Source of the DNA: Caecitellus pseudoparvulus | Taxonomy: Eukaryota > Protista > Bigyra: Bicosoecida | Direction: 5' to 3' | Assembly: GCA_965644315.1 (NCBI GenBank) | Contig: CBFFRQ010000089.1 | Coordinates: 62,001-126,000 of the forward strand | DNA length: 64,000 bases | Made by a program: the position numbers and the translations under genes | Notes under the pieces: model-generated | Told to the model about the DNA's origin: nothing | The model's database searches: none | Seen by the model: the letters and a program-made list of their open reading frames with translations, nothing else | Part shown: positions 24,459-36,097 of the stretch, in pieces | Layout: each line of letters begins with the position of its first letter | Numbering within the stretch: position 1 is the stretch's first letter

Positions 24459-24536
24459 CAGGGGTGTCCGGCAGCAAGCAGCCGAAGGCCCCCTTCAACC
24501 GGACACCCAAGGATCGGGGAACTGGCCATTGGCCAG
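24459..24536 (+). mobile_element. Solo terminal fragment of the same hAT family
   Basis: CAGGGGTGTCCGG followed by GCCGAAGGCCCCCTTCAACCGGACACCC...GGGAACTGGCCATTGGCCAG, which aligns with the subterminal sequence at ~6647-6701. No partner end seen. Confidence 0.7.
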
Positions 24537-24719
24537 GCCAAATGGGCCAAAAAATTCCTAACATGGCCCTGGTTTTGCGCTAATAGCTGCTGGGGGATGT
24601 TGTGAGAGTACAGGGGTGGTGGGCGAGCCACATACTGCTACCCGCCACATACAAAGAATGCACAGCCATGCAGGGAGACGCGAGCGCCGCACTCAGTGCA
24701 CACGATGTGACAGCTCCAC

Positions 24720-27700
24720 CTAGCTTGTCGCCTGGCCTGTCGCGCCCAGCCTGCCGCTTCGCACAGTGCTGCGTTTCAGGGGGCTAGGCGTATGGCTTGT
24801 CGCGGGGGGGGACGGTCCTCCTTCACTCTGCAGTTCTACCCCACCCACTGCCTCATGCGCCATTGGCGAGGGCGTTTCAGGCAGTTGCTTGGCATGGCCG
24901 TCCACTTCACCTCCCGCTGCGGCCTGGTCTGCTCCTGTGCTTCCACCCCCTGCCACTCGTGGCAGGCCCACGTGCAGCATGGTCACTGCTGAGGCAGCAG
25001 CGGAAGAAACGCGCCGCAGGGCATCTCGCGCCCCAAGCAGAAGCCTGTTGAGCTCGTGGAGGAAGTTCTGCACTCGGGGGTGTCCGGCAGCAACCTGGTC
25101 TGAGGTCGCATGTGCACCTTGCGCGCCGCCTTTGACCAACGCCCCCGCATGCACCTGGCCTGAGGAGGGATGCTCCCGAGCAAACTCTAACAGGGACACC
25201 CACACATGGCCTTTCACTTCGTGATATCGCTCTGCTGCTGCTGCAATCGCTGCACTGCGGGAGGTGGCTGTGTGCGTGGCGAGGGTGGAGGCTGGTCGGC
25301 GCTCGGCGGCGTCTTCTCCGGCGTAGGCAGCGAGGGTGGCCCAGGGCACGATCTGAGATCGCAGTTTGCCACTGTGACTTTCTTCCACCGCATCATCTGG
25401 GTGTCGTTCACCGCCCTCTGCATCAGCATCTGCCTCCGGCCACAGCTGCTTGGCAAGTGGTGTGGTTCTGGCTGTTTGCCCGGCGCTACGGCTCTCTTGG
25501 GCCGGAGGCGCTCCCTGTGCTGCCACCTGATCAAATGCGTGCGAGTGTGCCGCATATGCGGCTTGGGGGCTGCCGGGTGCACATGGTGCTTTCGGCGTTT
25601 GAGTTGTTGCAGCACCAGGCACAGGGCACGAGCTGCTGGCGGCATCACGGAGCCCACTCCTCCCCGGTGACGCGCCCTGCTCTGCCCCGGGAGCTGGGGG
25701 ACTAGAATCCGCCTTCCTCGCACCTTCAACCCCAATAGTTGGACTGCACAGGCCACTTGAAGTCGACACAGGCCCCCTCAAGCCGTACGCGCGGAGGGAC
25801 TGGGAGGGGATGGGACTGACTGGCGCCAGAGCAGAGCCACAGCCCGTGGGCGGCAGACCAGTTCCCACCCCCGTCGCACTGCCAAGTGATGATGGGGGTG
25901 CGAGGATACCCTGTGGGAAGCTCAATGCGGCGGCGGCGGCGTGTGTGAGGGGGATGCGGAAATGCCGCGCGGCAGTCATGGCCAGGCTTAGTGCAGAGTC
26001 CAGGCGCTTCACTTCGCGCAGCACGCCACTGACACGGTTAGCCGTGGCAGCGAGCAACTCTTCTCTGAACTTCCGCATGGTGTCTTGGGCATTGCGCTGC
26101 CATCCCAGCAGACTCGCCACTTTCTTGTCAGCCATGCCGAGTTGCCCTTCTGCTGCATGCCGCGCCGCGGTGGCATCGGCCAGGGCGTCTGCCAGGCTGC
26201 GATTCCGGGCTTTGGCATCTGCCAGGGCACCCTCCAGTGTGCCCACACTGCCCGCGAGTCGCGCCACTTCGCCCTCTAAGCGAGTAACCTCTGCCTCGTG
26301 CCCTTCATTTTCCGCACGCAGGCGGGTCACCTCCGCTGCCTGGCGCCCCAATTCTCGCCGCCCCCGGTCCAGATCGGAGGACAGCTCCTGCACCCTGGCA
26401 GAGGCGTCTTGCAGCGCGGCACGTGTGCCTTCGTGGCTCTGTTGCTCCTGCTGCAGCAGGCCCTTCCACCGCCGCTCCACACGTTGCGCCTGAGGCTCTG
26501 TCGCCACCTCCCCCGTCAAGCGCTTCAGCTGTTCCTGCAACAGGGCCACTGCCTGCGTCTGCGCCTGCACTTGGGAAGAGAGCAGTTTCACCCGGTCATT
26601 CGACGCGTCCCGTTCTGCCTCTGCCTCGGAGCGTGCGACCTGCTCCGCCTCCAGCAGCGCCGTCGCCGAAGCATGCTGTGTCGTGAGCGCTTCCAGGCGG
26701 CGTGCCCGCTCCCCTGCAGCGGCCTTGGCGGCTGCCAGTGCCGCAGTGAGGGAGGACACTTCCCCACTCAGCGCATCCACGCTCTGCTGCAGTGCGCGAG
26801 TGCGTTCCGCCTCCCGCTCCGCCGCCCTCTCCTTCCACCCCTGCAGTTCCGCCACTTGCTGCCGCGACCGCCGCAGATAAGCGCGCACTGCCTGCAGAGT
26901 GTGCTCTGCTCGGCTCTGCGCCTCTGCCGCTCGTTGCACAGCCGATGTCGCCTCTTGCACCTGCCCAGCGGTGCTCACGCGCACGCTGTCGGTTTCTTTC
27001 CTCGCCGCGCGGGCCGCCTCTTGCGCAGCGATCATGCGCTCCCGCAGGGCCAGCATTTGGTCACGTGTCTGTGCCAGGGTGGACTGCAGGCTCTGCACCC
27101 GCTGCCGAAGAGCAGTGACGTACAAGTCACCGCCGCCGCCACCGCCGCCGCCGATTGGGTTCGGGAGTGGAGACAGGGGGGTGGCCGCAGCAGCGAAGGA
27201 GGGGGAGGTGGGTGCGAGTGCCCCGCCTGGGCCCGCACTGAGGGGGCCTCCGCCGCCCCCACTGGTGTCCACACGGAGCCCCATCTGGGCCAAGATTGCG
27301 TCAGCAGCCTGGGCTGTGTCACCGTCGGTTGCGTGTGTGCTGGCGCCCACGGCGGATTCCACGCAGGCCACGCGCGCATGGGAGTCAGTCACTTCTTCAG
27401 AAGCCCCGGGCGCAGCGCCCTCTGCAGGGCGTGCACGCTCCACCCCCCCCTCTGGCTGCCTGTCGTGAACAGCGTGCTGGCCCTCCACGCGCTCGACGTC
27501 ACTGCCCACAACACCACCCCTACCCCCAGCTGGTGCCACTTGCCTGCCACCCGACACAGCTGAGCTTGGAGCCCCCGCAGCAGCCTGCGCTTGACTTTGC
27601 ACGAGGGCTTGCTGCGTCAATGCCAGGCGTTGGGCAGTGGCTTGAGCCCGCCGCGCCAAGGCCAGTCGAGCGGCAGCCTCTGCCTCTGCAGCGTTACGCT

Positions 27701-29123
27701 GGGTGGTCAGCTCGCGCTCCATGCCGAGCTGCGTGTGCTGCAAGGCGGCGAGCTGTTCACGCAAGGCGGCAATGTCAGCGTGTGCCTGCCTCAACTCCCC
27801 ATCACGCTGCGCCAGGCTGACTCGGCAGCTCTGCAGTGCATCGGCCTCCGCCTGGGCTTGTCGCTGCCACGCCTCGGCAGTGCTGGTGGCTTCGGCCAAC
27901 TCTCCCCGGCAGGCGGCGAGGCTGCTCAGCGCCTCGCCATGCCGCCCCTGCGCCCCGCCCAGCCTCTGTCGCAGCTCGTCGGCGGCCGCCTCGGCTGCAG
28001 CGGTGCGAAGGCGGTGCAAGTGCAATGACGTCTCCACTGCAGCCAGCACCGTGTCCCACCTGTGCCGGTCCGCGTTGAACTGCGCTACCAGTGTCCGGCG
28101 GCTTTGCGTGGCGCCCAGAGGAGAGTGACTCGTCGCTGAGTCGCTGTCAGCCGTAGGCGAGTCACTGGGTGCAGGCACTGACCCACTGTGGCCAAGCGCC
28201 GTCGGCGTCGGGGCTGCACCCAGGTCGGGCACAGACGACAGCGCGGGTCCCTCCTCGCCGCCCCCCAAGCCCCCCGCCTGTGCCAATGCTGCCGTGCCAG
28301 GCATAACAACCGCACTGCCGGGTTCGGCGTGATGTGCCAGTGATGCGGCGAGCAGGTCCACCAGCTTGGCTGTCGACAGCGCCTCAGCGTCGCTGGCAAA
28401 TGCCAGCACGCCCCCGTTGGAGTCCGGGGCGGGCAGGGGCTTGTGAGGGCGCGGAGAGGGCTTTGTTCCGTGCTTTGCGTCATCTGGGGTGCGCGAAGAA
28501 CCGGAGCCACGCCCGTGTTGTGCGGAAGAGTCAGGACCACCTGAACGTCCCATGCCCCTGCTTCCTGCTGCGTTGAGGCCGGTGACTCCAACTGCACTGC
28601 GCCGATTCAGACGGGCTTTGTGAAGAGGTGACGTCTGTTGACTGTCATGCGCATGCTTTGACTGGCTCGGCGCGCTGCGCTGTTGCAGAGGCACTGGACG
28701 GGGTGTGGTGGGTGGGTCTCGTTGCGCCCCCTGGACCGGGCGGCTGTGCTGCTGCGTGCGCAGCCAAGGAGCAGTTGCACCCCACGCTACTTGCAAACGG
28801 GCAGGTGTGATGAATGCCTGCGTCGTGGACTGGCCGGGGGATGACTGCCGATGGCGTGGGCGGCGGGGCCGTGTCGCCGGCGCTGAGGCTGGTCGCTGTG
28901 CGACACGCAGGGCAGGCTTGCCTTCTGGCGGTGCTGGCCTGCACGGCACTGACGGGCGTGAAGAGGCCAGCGCCGTAATACGCCGCGCTGCCTCTTCTAG
29001 CTGGGCAGGCAGCGTGCCGTACACTGCTGCGGTGGTGGCGTGGTGAAGGGCGCCGGGCTGGTGAGCAGGGGCTGGCTTGGCCCGACAGCGGCTTCGGCGC
29101 CTGCTGTCGAGTGCGCCCTGCAT
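24720..29123 (-). CDS. Large coiled-coil protein with low-complexity termini (~1465 aa), function unknown
   Basis: Long ORF with two extended A/E/Q/R/L heptad-rich blocks. First ATG at 29123. No catalytic motif recognised. Confidence 0.7.
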   Translation of the reverse strand: MQGALDSRRRSRCRAKPAPAHQPGALHHATTAAVYGTLPAQLEEAARRITALASSRPSVPCRPAPPEGKPALRVAQRPASAPATRPRRPRHRQSSPGQSTTQAFITPARLQVAWGATAPWLRTQQHSRPVQGAQRDPPTTPRPVPLQQRSAPSQSKHAHDSQQTSPLHKARLNRRSAVGVTGLNAAGSRGMGRSGGPDSSAQHGRGSGSSRTPDDAKHGTKPSPRPHKPLPAPDSNGGVLAFASDAEALSTAKLVDLLAASLAHHAEPGSAVVMPGTAALAQAGGLGGGEEGPALSSVPDLGAAPTPTALGHSGSVPAPSDSPTADSDSATSHSPLGATQSRRTLVAQFNADRHRWDTVLAAVETSLHLHRLRTAAAEAAADELRQRLGGAQGRHGEALSSLAACRGELAEATSTAEAWQRQAQAEADALQSCRVSLAQRDGELRQAHADIAALREQLAALQHTQLGMERELTTQRNAAEAEAAARLALARRAQATAQRLALTQQALVQSQAQAAAGAPSSAVSGGRQVAPAGGRGGVVGSDVERVEGQHAVHDRQPEGGVERARPAEGAAPGASEEVTDSHARVACVESAVGASTHATDGDTAQAADAILAQMGLRVDTSGGGGGPLSAGPGGALAPTSPSFAAAATPLSPLPNPIGGGGGGGGDLYVTALRQRVQSLQSTLAQTRDQMLALRERMIAAQEAARAARKETDSVRVSTAGQVQEATSAVQRAAEAQSRAEHTLQAVRAYLRRSRQQVAELQGWKERAAEREAERTRALQQSVDALSGEVSSLTAALAAAKAAAGERARRLEALTTQHASATALLEAEQVARSEAEAERDASNDRVKLLSSQVQAQTQAVALLQEQLKRLTGEVATEPQAQRVERRWKGLLQQEQQSHEGTRAALQDASARVQELSSDLDRGRRELGRQAAEVTRLRAENEGHEAEVTRLEGEVARLAGSVGTLEGALADAKARNRSLADALADATAARHAAEGQLGMADKKVASLLGWQRNAQDTMRKFREELLAATANRVSGVLREVKRLDSALSLAMTAARHFRIPLTHAAAAALSFPQGILAPPSSLGSATGVGTGLPPTGCGSALAPVSPIPSQSLRAYGLRGPVSTSSGLCSPTIGVEGARKADSSPPAPGAEQGASPGRSGLRDAASSSCPVPGAATTQTPKAPCAPGSPQAAYAAHSHAFDQVAAQGAPPAQESRSAGQTARTTPLAKQLWPEADADAEGGERHPDDAVEESHSGKLRSQIVPWATLAAYAGEDAAERRPASTLATHTATSRSAAIAAAAERYHEVKGHVWVSLLEFAREHPSSGQVHAGALVKGGAQGAHATSDQVAAGHPRVQNFLHELNRLLLGARDALRRVSSAAASAVTMLHVGLPRVAGGGSTGADQAAAGGEVDGHAKQLPETPSPMAHEAVGGVELQSEGGPSPPATSHTPSPLKRSTVRSGRLGATGQATS

Positions 29124-29492
29124 GCCGCTGAGGAGACAGACCACCGCGTAGAAGCCTTAAGGTGGCTTAGTGCGTCGGCGTATCTCGCTCTCAAACAGCG
29201 CCGTGGGCGCAGAGCTGGACGTGCATGAAATTTGTCGCTCAGCCAACACATGCACACACAGCCGGTCTCAATGCGCAACCCGTTCACATTCACCCGGATA
29301 GCCAAATTGCGATAGAATCACACAGCCCTCACCCTCCCATCTTGTTTCCACTTTGCCACAACGCCTGAGCACCAGCCTTGGGTCGCTGGAGGTTACAACG
29401 AAGCGCAGCGTTTCAGACGCGTTTCCACGCAACGCTGCGTTTTTCGCCCGCGCAGCTCGACGCCGCGCAGCCCGTCCACCCCCCTTTCCAAA

Positions 29493-32400
29493 ATGCCGTC
29501 ATCCCGTGCCAAGCGGGAAGTGTGGCGACAGTTGCGTGTGCGGGGGGGGGCTCAGGTATGTTGACGTCCCGCCACCCTTCTTGCTCGCCAGCCATTCACC
29601 TGCGCCAGTCGCTGCGCAGATCGCGGAGGAGGCGTTTCTAGCGCGGGGCCTGGACCGTGCCGACTGGCGCAAGCGCAAGTACATCCGGCCGTCCAGTGAT
29701 GAGGCTCACGACAACTACGAGAGCTCCCTCTTCGACGAAGGGCAGGTGCGAGGTTGGCGGTCGCAGCGACACATCCCTCGCTCGCCTCAGCGCCACCTCC
29801 CACACACGCCCCGCCACCTGTACCCCACAGGCGTCCTACTGCCGAGTCTCTCTGAACGACCTGTCTGCGCTGGGCATCGGTGCGTTGCCTGCCTGCTCCC
29901 CTGCAGCACTGGCCGTCCCCGCTGCTTGAGTCACCGCCGCCGACCTACGCCCTGCTCCACAGGCATGGCGCTGTACTTCCGCCTCCTGCTGTACCTGGTG
30001 GGCTTCTTCACCCTGGCGTCCCTCGCAGCCCTGCCCGCGATTCTGCTCAACGCGGGCGGGCAGCGCTTCACAGACGAGGACGTAGACGGGTTGGGCCTGG
30101 CCCGCCTGACGCTGGGCAACCTCGGGCCACCCCCTGCCACGGCACTTGACTTCAACTCCACCGCCGACGCAGACGCCTTCACCGTGTCCCTGCCCTTCTT
30201 CGGCACGCAGTACACGTTGGCAGAGGCAGCGGACGTGCTGACCTACGCCGACCTCGCGTATTCCCTGCTCTTCATCGCTTTCTGCGTGTGGTGGGTGCGG
30301 AAATTGGAGGCCACCGAGCGCAGCGTGGACGATGAAAACGTCACAGCCGCAGACTACGCGGTGTTCGTGCGGGGCCTGCCAAAAGACGCCACTGTGGCAG
30401 ATGTGCGCGCACATTTTGACCGCCTGTACAACCTGCGCAAGCTGGACTGGACGTACAACGCGGGCTGCTGCTGCTGCTGCCTGAGCAAGACCACGCAGAG
30501 GCGGCAATTCCACGGCCCCCGCGCCGCAGCCCGCCTGGAGAAGCAGTACGCAGAGGCCATGCGAGCACTGGGCCGGCGGCGCGATGGGCCGGGCTGTCTG
30601 TGCTGTCCCGGGCAGCGGGGCCGCGTGGCACCCTCGGGCCGGCCCCTGCCCCGCAGCCGCGTGGATTGGCGCGACTGGTTCGTGTCGCCCGTCCTCAACG
30701 CCACCAACACCAACAACCCCGCGTACCTCAAGTCGTGGGTGGCAGAGGTCACCCTGGCGTACCCCAACGGCGGCCTCATCCGCCGCTACCGGGCCCTGCA
30801 GGCCATGCGCACCCGCCTGCTCCACGCGCGTGCAGTGATCAAGGTGTACACCGACCCGCGAGGGTGGCAGCCCTCCCAGGCTGGCTGCTGCGGCGTGGAG
30901 GTGGAGACAGACTGCTCCTGCTCCACAGGGTGCGGCCGTTGCTGCATCGTGCGCAGTGGCTCCCTGGCCTCCCGCCTGGCGGCCGCCGAAGCGCACCTGA
31001 AACGCATCGAGGAGCGCCTGCGCAGCCTCGACCTGCGCCACGCTGCCCAGCTGTCCAGTGACGTCACCGGCGCCTTTGTCATCTTCAACAACGAAGAGAG
31101 CTACCGCCGCTGCCTGTACGACTACCAGCACAGCGACGCCTGGTACAACGACCTGTGCGGGCTGGGCTGCAACCGGTGCTGCCAGCCGCCGCCGCTGCGT
31201 TTCAAGGAGAAACGCCCCCTCGTCGTCACCCCCGCCTCGGAGCCCAGCGACGTCATTTGGGAGAACTTGCAGACACCGCAGTGGGAACGGGCGCTGCGGG
31301 TGACCTGCACGAACACGGCCATGCTGTTGTTCCTGGTGGCCTCTTTCGTCGCCATCGTGCTGAGCCAGCGACAGCAGGAAGCCTTCAGCAACACCCTGCC
31401 CACGGTGGCAGTGTGCCAGGCCGACGCACCCGCCATCGCCTTCCGGGGCCGCGGGAGCATTCCCGACCCCCTGCCATCTCTGCAGAGGACGCCTGGGCTG
31501 GATGCTGCCTGCTCTGCCGCCATGAACGTGTCGGGGCAGGACTTCGTGCACTTGTGGTACACTGACACGCCGGCACCGGCGCCAGGGGCAGACTTGCAGG
31601 ACACCACGCTGGACAGCCAGGGCAACGCGGAGGAGAGCGTGGCGAACCTGTGCCGTGGGCCCTGTGTTCCGCGCAGCGTCACAGACAACACGCCGTGTGT
31701 GGCGCCGCCCAAGAGCGGGCAGCCCGGCCCCACCACCACCTTCCCCGTGCGCAACTTGATCGGGTGTTTCTGCCAGCAGACGCTGCAAGCAGCCATCGCA
31801 GCAGACGGCATTTTTTCAGGGGCAGCGTCGACGCTGGAGAACCACCCCGAGTGCGAACAGTTGGCCAGTAGTTTCGTGCTGGCGCAGACGCTGCTGGTGA
31901 TTTCTGCGGGCGGCATCGTCATCATCAACACGGGCCTGCACGGCTTCTTGGCCATGGTGACTCGCCTGGAACACCATGACTCCGTCTCCCACCTGAAGAA
32001 CGCCACCGCCATCAAGTTGTTCTTCGCCCTGTTCCTGAACACCGGCCTCCTCGTGCTGCTGGTGCACGCCCGTGTGCAGGGTGCTCGGGAAGCTCTCCCC
32101 GGCGTGCCGCTGTTCACAGGCACCTTCACCTCCTTCACCAGCGCCTGGTACGCGTCAGCTGGGGTGTCAGTGGCCCTCACCATGCTCATCAACATCGCCG
32201 CTCCTCACGCCCTGCCCCTGGCCAAGTACCTCTGCTTGTACCCCTGTCGACGCCGGTGTTGCACTGGGCACGCACTGGTGCAGAGTGAGTTGAATGAGCT
32301 GTACGCGGCGCCAGAGTTCGAGATTGAATCCCGCGTGCCGCACGTCATGAACACCGTGGTCGTGACACTCCTGTACTGCAGCGGCATCCCCATCCTCCTC

Positions 32401-33654
32401 CCCTTCGCCGCCCTCGCCCTCCTCGTCACCTTCGCCATCGACAAGCTGCTCCTGCTGCGGTTCTACGCACGGCCACCCCTCCTGGACGCCGCCATGGCCC
32501 GCCTGGCCGCCAACATCATGCCCTTTGCCATCCTCGTGCACTGTGGTTTCGCCGTTTGGTTCTATGGAGATGAAGAGGCGGTGGCCTCCACGCCAGTCTT
32601 GCTGGGCGACCCAGGCGGCGTCGGCGCCGAGCAACGGTACCAGGACCTGGTCGCACGTGCCAGCAGCTGGGACGCCATCGGCTTCGCGCCGCGGGTGTCT
32701 CGCCAGAACACGTTTCCCATGTTCTTCCTGTTCCTGCTCCTGGCCATCGGTCTCGTGCTGCGTTTCACAGCTGGGCGCCTGGTGCTGGCCATCCTGGGCC
32801 GTGCGGTGTTCCTGCTTTCAGGGGGCCGCCTCTGCTCCGGCCGCGACGAGGTGCACGAGAACTTCAACCCGCCCTTCACTGCGGAATTCGAGCGGAAAAT
32901 CCCCGTCGGTGTCAAGACCGCCCTGAGCCCCGAGGACCAGGAGCTGGGCTGGCGCATCGTGGACGACCACATGCGGGCAGTGGGCGCACAGGCCCAGGTG
33001 AAGGTGTGGGGGCAGTCTGGCTCCCAGTTCGGCAAAGTGCACTACAAGGGCGACTTCATGCTGACGTGGGAGGTGGTGGCGGAGTACGGCATCGCCTCCT
33101 ACGACATGGCTGCCAACCCGCGGTACGCCCAGGCAGTGCTGGCGCTGGAGCGCGGCGCAGCGCACGCCGCCACCACCGTCGCGCGGGCCGCTGTCGCGCA
33201 GCTGCGTTCCTCTGCAGCCAAAGTCGGCACGGCTGCCTCAGCCATCTCCGCCATGGCAGCTGCAGCGGAAGAGGGCAAGGCCCGCAGGGGGGAGGTGGGC
33301 GGCAGCAGCGCCTCTCCACAGCGCCTCGTGGGGGCACACCCTCGCTCCCTGCGTCCCTCTGGCGCGTCAGCCTCCCTGGTGCACTCTGGCTCGCAGTCGG
33401 CAAGGGGGGGTGCGCGAGGGGGGGGCGCACCCCCCTCGCGCTCCACCCGCCCCGGCGTGTCACCTGGACGAGTGGGGCCACTGCCCCCCCTGCAGGGCAG
33501 TCCCGCCCCCCCTCCTGCGCAGAGCCCCCCCTGGTCCGGCCGCAGCAGCTTTGGCACGGGGCTCCCCCGCCCAGGCAGCTTCACGGCGCCCCGCCGGACG
33601 GGGGCGGCATCCTTGCAGAACACGCCTGGCCTGACCCAGGCCGACGACGCCTGA
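29493..33654 (+). CDS. CSC1/OSCA/TMEM63-family calcium-permeable mechanosensitive channel
   Basis: Predicted introns 29538-29619, 29746-29830 and ~29880-29962 give ...LSALGIGMALYFR. Motifs TAADYAVFVRGLP, GAFVIFN, PASEPSDVIWENL and DKLLLLRFYARPP, plus many TM helices. Confidence 0.85.
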
Positions 33655-33966
33655 ACACAGGCAGCCTGGCCAGCCCACCACCCAATGCAGTGCTGTGACT
33701 GGACTGCGTGCCCTACCCGTCTCTGCCTCAACCCAGTATGAGAGGTGTGGGTACTCGGCAGGCGGCTGGCAAGGGCAAGGACTGCACAGCCGCCCCCCCA
33801 CGGCGCAGCTCCAGCAGGCGGGGCAATTTGCGAGCAGGAATGCATATCGCAGGCCCAGCCGGCGTGTGCTTGTGTGTGGCTTGCCCAGCCGACGGCGAGT
33901 GCCGCCACGCTTCGCTGCAGGCCCAGCTGCGACGAGGCAGTGCACGCTGCCCCAAGCCACCCCGCC

Positions 33967-35567
33967 ATGGCACAGGGCACACAGCCGGCGCCATGGAAGG
34001 GCAGCGACACGTTGCAGTCGCCCATAGTGCCAGGCAATGACTCCGACTCGGACTCCACCTCTGCACCTGCGGTGTTGCGCTGGCACGCCGTCATGCGCAA
34101 GGTGTTGCTGCGGGGCATGGCAGCGTCTCTGCTGCTCGGTAGGCCCTTCCTGGAGTGCCTCGCCTTCATGTACCCGAGTGCCTTTGACGCTGGCAATGCC
34201 ATTCGTCATCGACAAAGCACGCTGGCCTTCATGGCGCAGCACATGGTGCGCAGCACGCTCAGTGTGCCGTTTCCCGTCGCCGCGACACTCCGCTGGTCTC
34301 CCTACGCTCCTGCTCCCAGGGCAAAGCGCACATTTCCTTGGAGAATACCATGAAGGCAGTGCAGAAACAAATGAAGCTGCCACCCTGGGCCGTCCTTCTG
34401 GACCCCAAGCAGGCTGCCGCTGCGGCAACAGGCCTCAACGCCCTGGGCGACGTGACGCCCGACACGCTGCTGCCTCCACTGCCCCTGCCTGCAGCTCAGT
34501 ACGCCTCCACCAACGCAGCCGCCCTGCCCGCCCGCAAGCGCCCCGTGTGGAGGTGGCACCTGCAAGTGTGTGTGGATGGCGCTTGGCGTGCCCTGCTCAG
34601 CGACAAAGATCTGCACGTGGCCCTGGCAAGGCACTTGCTGGGCGGGAGGGGGGGCGGCGGTGCTCCTCTGCAGCTGCGCGTGGCAGTGGGCTGTGCCACA
34701 CGCATGGAGCCGCTGGAGCAGGCAGTGGGTGGGCCCATCCTCACCACCCTGGAGCATGGGGAGGACCCCGCCACCTCCCCTGACGGCAGTGACACGGCGG
34801 TGAAACTCACCACCGTCGCGCTGCCAGACACAGCGCAGGCGGAAGGCGCACACTTCACCCGCCGCCGCAGCACACCCCTCACCCTGCCCGCCATGGGCCT
34901 GCTGTCCAGAACACCTGGCAACGACAAAGGCGGCAGCATCTTCGGCGCGCCCCCCGCCAAGGCTCGTGCAGCCCGCAAACGCGCCACCCTGGCGGAGTTG
35001 AGGACGCTGGAGCGCCAGCAACGCCGCGCACGCGCAGAGGACGCCGCACGAAGGAAGAAAGAGTATGCTGCTCAGCACGCGCGTGTGGCAGCTGTGCTGC
35101 ATGAAGACTCACGCCAGCTGCTGACCACGCCCAAACCTGGCGCAGCACAGCAGCAACAACAGCGAGGAGGGGCGGCGACTGGCCCCAGTACGAGGCTGGC
35201 GGCACTGGAGGGTGCTGGGCGCCGACCTCGCAGGGAGTTGCTGGTGTCTTCCTCTGCTGTGACGGTGCAGGCGCCGGCACAGGCCATGCCCAGCTCAGGC
35301 ACGTTTGGCGGAGCAACGGGTGGCCTCGCCACCTCCACATCTGGCCCGGCATTGCCCCACCCCCATGCACACAAACCCCTGCCACGAGTGGACTCTGCCT
35401 CGGCAAGGGGGCCTCACACTGGAAACCGGCGCAGCAAGTGGGCGGGTGCACTGCGTGGCGCAAGCGGCCCTCGCAGCGGCGGGTCGCTGGCCAAACGAAG
35501 AGCGCTGCCGGGACTGTCCGTGTCTGTGGTCAAGCCCCACATAGCTTTTCGTGATGATAAGTTGTAA
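33967..35567 (+). CDS. Hypothetical protein (two exons)
   Basis: ATG at 33967. Intron 34246-34319 (GTGCGC...CTCCCAG) joins in frame to ORF 34338-35567. No family motif recognised. Confidence 0.55.
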
Positions 35568-36097
35568 TGCACGCTCCTCTGAAGGCGCTGTTGCCATGAC
35601 CTCGCAGGGCGTTCAGCCTGGCTGAAATGCACACACTCGTTCTTGAGCACAGGGCAGCGCTCAATCCAGAAGCAGGATTGCAGTGCCGGCACGCTCTTGC
35701 ATTCGTGCTTCCGTCGCCAAGGCACATGGTTAGTTCACACTGGTACTTTACTGCGGAAGAAGGGCCGCGCGCGTGTCTGGCCAATGAGCCGACAGGGCAA
35801 TGTCTGGAGGAGAGTGACTCACACAACAAGCGGGCAATCGATGAAGCTGCATTGTGGGAAGCAACGCAACCCTCGCGCCAGAAAACTACGGACTGCCGCG
35901 TGACGCGCAGGGCCCTGCCCGAAGGCGGGCCGAACGCGGGACCACACGAGGCGTACTCGGCCTACTATTGCGACTCGATTAACACACACGAGGAAACACA
36001 GGGTTGGGGGGGGGGGGTGTCGAGCCCTGCCCTGGATGGCCTGCGAACAGACCAAGCGGGCGGAAGCTCAACGGGTGGCGGGACGGCTGTCCAGCCT

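Noticed and set aside
25077-25093. 17-bp match GGGGTGTCCGGCAGCAA to the hAT end at 24461-24477
   Set aside because: It lies inside an intact CDS, lacks the terminal CA and is in direct orientation, so it cannot be supported as an element end.
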